This document shows positions 16,286 to 16,739 of a DNA stretch of 16,739 bases, in pieces (position 1 is the stretch's first letter; each line of letters starts with the position of its first letter). Origin of the DNA: an uncultured Alphaproteobacteria bacterium (lineage in GTDB: Bacteria; Pseudomonadota; Alphaproteobacteria; Rs-D84); contig CALXXY010000012.1 of the NCBI GenBank assembly GCA_944392815.1, positions 1-16,739 of the forward strand, written 5' to 3'. Below the pieces are notes generated by a model. That model worked only from the letters and a program-made list of their open reading frames with translations. It had not been told where the DNA came from and ran no database searches. A program made the position numbers and the translations under genes.

Positions 16286-16469
16286 TGTCATTCCCGCGCC
16301 CGGGGTCCCCGCAAACACGAATGTGTTTGTGGGGTGGACAAGGCGGGAATAGGGTCTATTAAATTTGTATCGCGGATTGCGTAATAATAAAAACGCAACA
16401 CAGAATTATTTCCCCAATTAAATAACTAATAACAACCCAAGCCCTATTCCCGCCTGCGCGGGAATGACA
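16286..16469. repeat. Palindromic miniature element C (GTCATTCCCGCGCAGGCGGGAAT type, dRS3-like core) with a 41-bp insert in its left arm
   Basis: The right arm CCCTATTCCCGCCTGCGCGGGAATGACA (16442-16469) is the exact reverse complement of TGTCATTCCCGCGC (16286-16299) + AGGCGGGAATAGGG (16341-16354) once 16300-16340 is removed. An AT-rich 87-bp spacer separates the arms. Confidence 0.88.
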
Positions 16470-16503
16470 AGTTAAGGGAGTAAGTGCGGTTTCTTGAAAT
16501 CTT

Positions 16504-16562
16504 TGACCACCCCGTCATGCTTCGCATGACACCCCCGCCCGGTGGGTGCGGTGGGCATTCTG
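16504..16562 (+). repeat. Variant solo arm of family B (no insert)
   Basis: TGACCACCCC-GTCATGC-ttc-GCATGAC-ACCCCCGCCCGGTGGGTGCGGTGGGCATTCTG. Confidence 0.8.
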
Positions 16563-16578
16563 GTGTGGTGTTGTCAGG

Positions 16579-16603
16579 AAAAAACAGCGCGCCAGTGGCG
16601 CGC
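16579..16603 (-). terminator. Rho-independent terminator of the minus-strand gene
   Basis: On the minus strand, GCGCGCC-act-GGCGCGC followed by TGTTTTTT, 28 nt after the TAG. Confidence 0.75.
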
Positions 16604-16631
16604 ATTAATTATGTGTGACAGACAATGAAAA

Positions 16632-16739
16632 CTATTCTTCGCCACCGTGCATGTTGCGCAATGTGTTCATGATGGATTTGCGCTGCTCGTCCGATGGTAA
16701 TTTCCAATACAATGCGATTAATTGCAAAGTTTCGTTTTT
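16632..16739 (-). CDS. 3' end of a gene, probably an XRE-family HTH transcriptional regulator (truncated by the window edge)
   Basis: Translates as …KNETLQLIALYWKLPSDEQRKSIMNTLRNMHGGEE*, resembling the 'RETLELVRAYYxI.D…R..L..L' tail of alphaproteobacterial XRE regulators, and is followed by a terminator. The HTH itself is outside the window. Confidence 0.6.
   Translation of the reverse strand, partial: KNETLQLIALYWKLPSDEQRKSIMNTLRNMHGGEE

Noticed and set aside
15978-16384. Short ORFs (72-78 aa) on both strands across the repeat region
   Set aside because: They run through GC-rich palindromes that lack stops, and have no convincing RBS or protein-like composition.
15846-16562. CRISPR array or integron attC cassette array
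   Set aside because: Repeats are heterogeneous inverted pairs rather than equal direct repeats with regular spacers. There are no cas or integrase genes and no cassette ORFs.

Overview
Bacterial chromosomal window, probably from an alphaproteobacterium. The DnaE motifs are alpha-like, and the overall style suggests a reduced-genome, host-associated lineage such as Rs-D84/'Ca. Enterousia' (inference only). On the + strand, in order: the 3' part of a giant cysteine-rich repeat surface protein (open from base 1, >2100 aa, with four Listeria/Bacteroides-type repeats) and its terminator; dnaE, apparently leaderless and translationally coupled to an rsmH that has no dcw-cluster neighbours; a two-gene module with its own promoter (a 4-TM protein with an exported CPVC motif and a soluble helical protein ending in CC); and two further secreted Cys-rich proteins. 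A ~720-bp intergenic region between convergent genes follows, packed with at least four families of REP/REPIN-like palindromic elements. One ~40-bp hairpin family sits inside two other elements, next to the same RGGCGGG sequence each time. The window ends in the 3' end of a minus-strand gene, probably an XRE-family regulator. No CRISPR array, tRNA/rRNA gene, transposase or integrase was seen.
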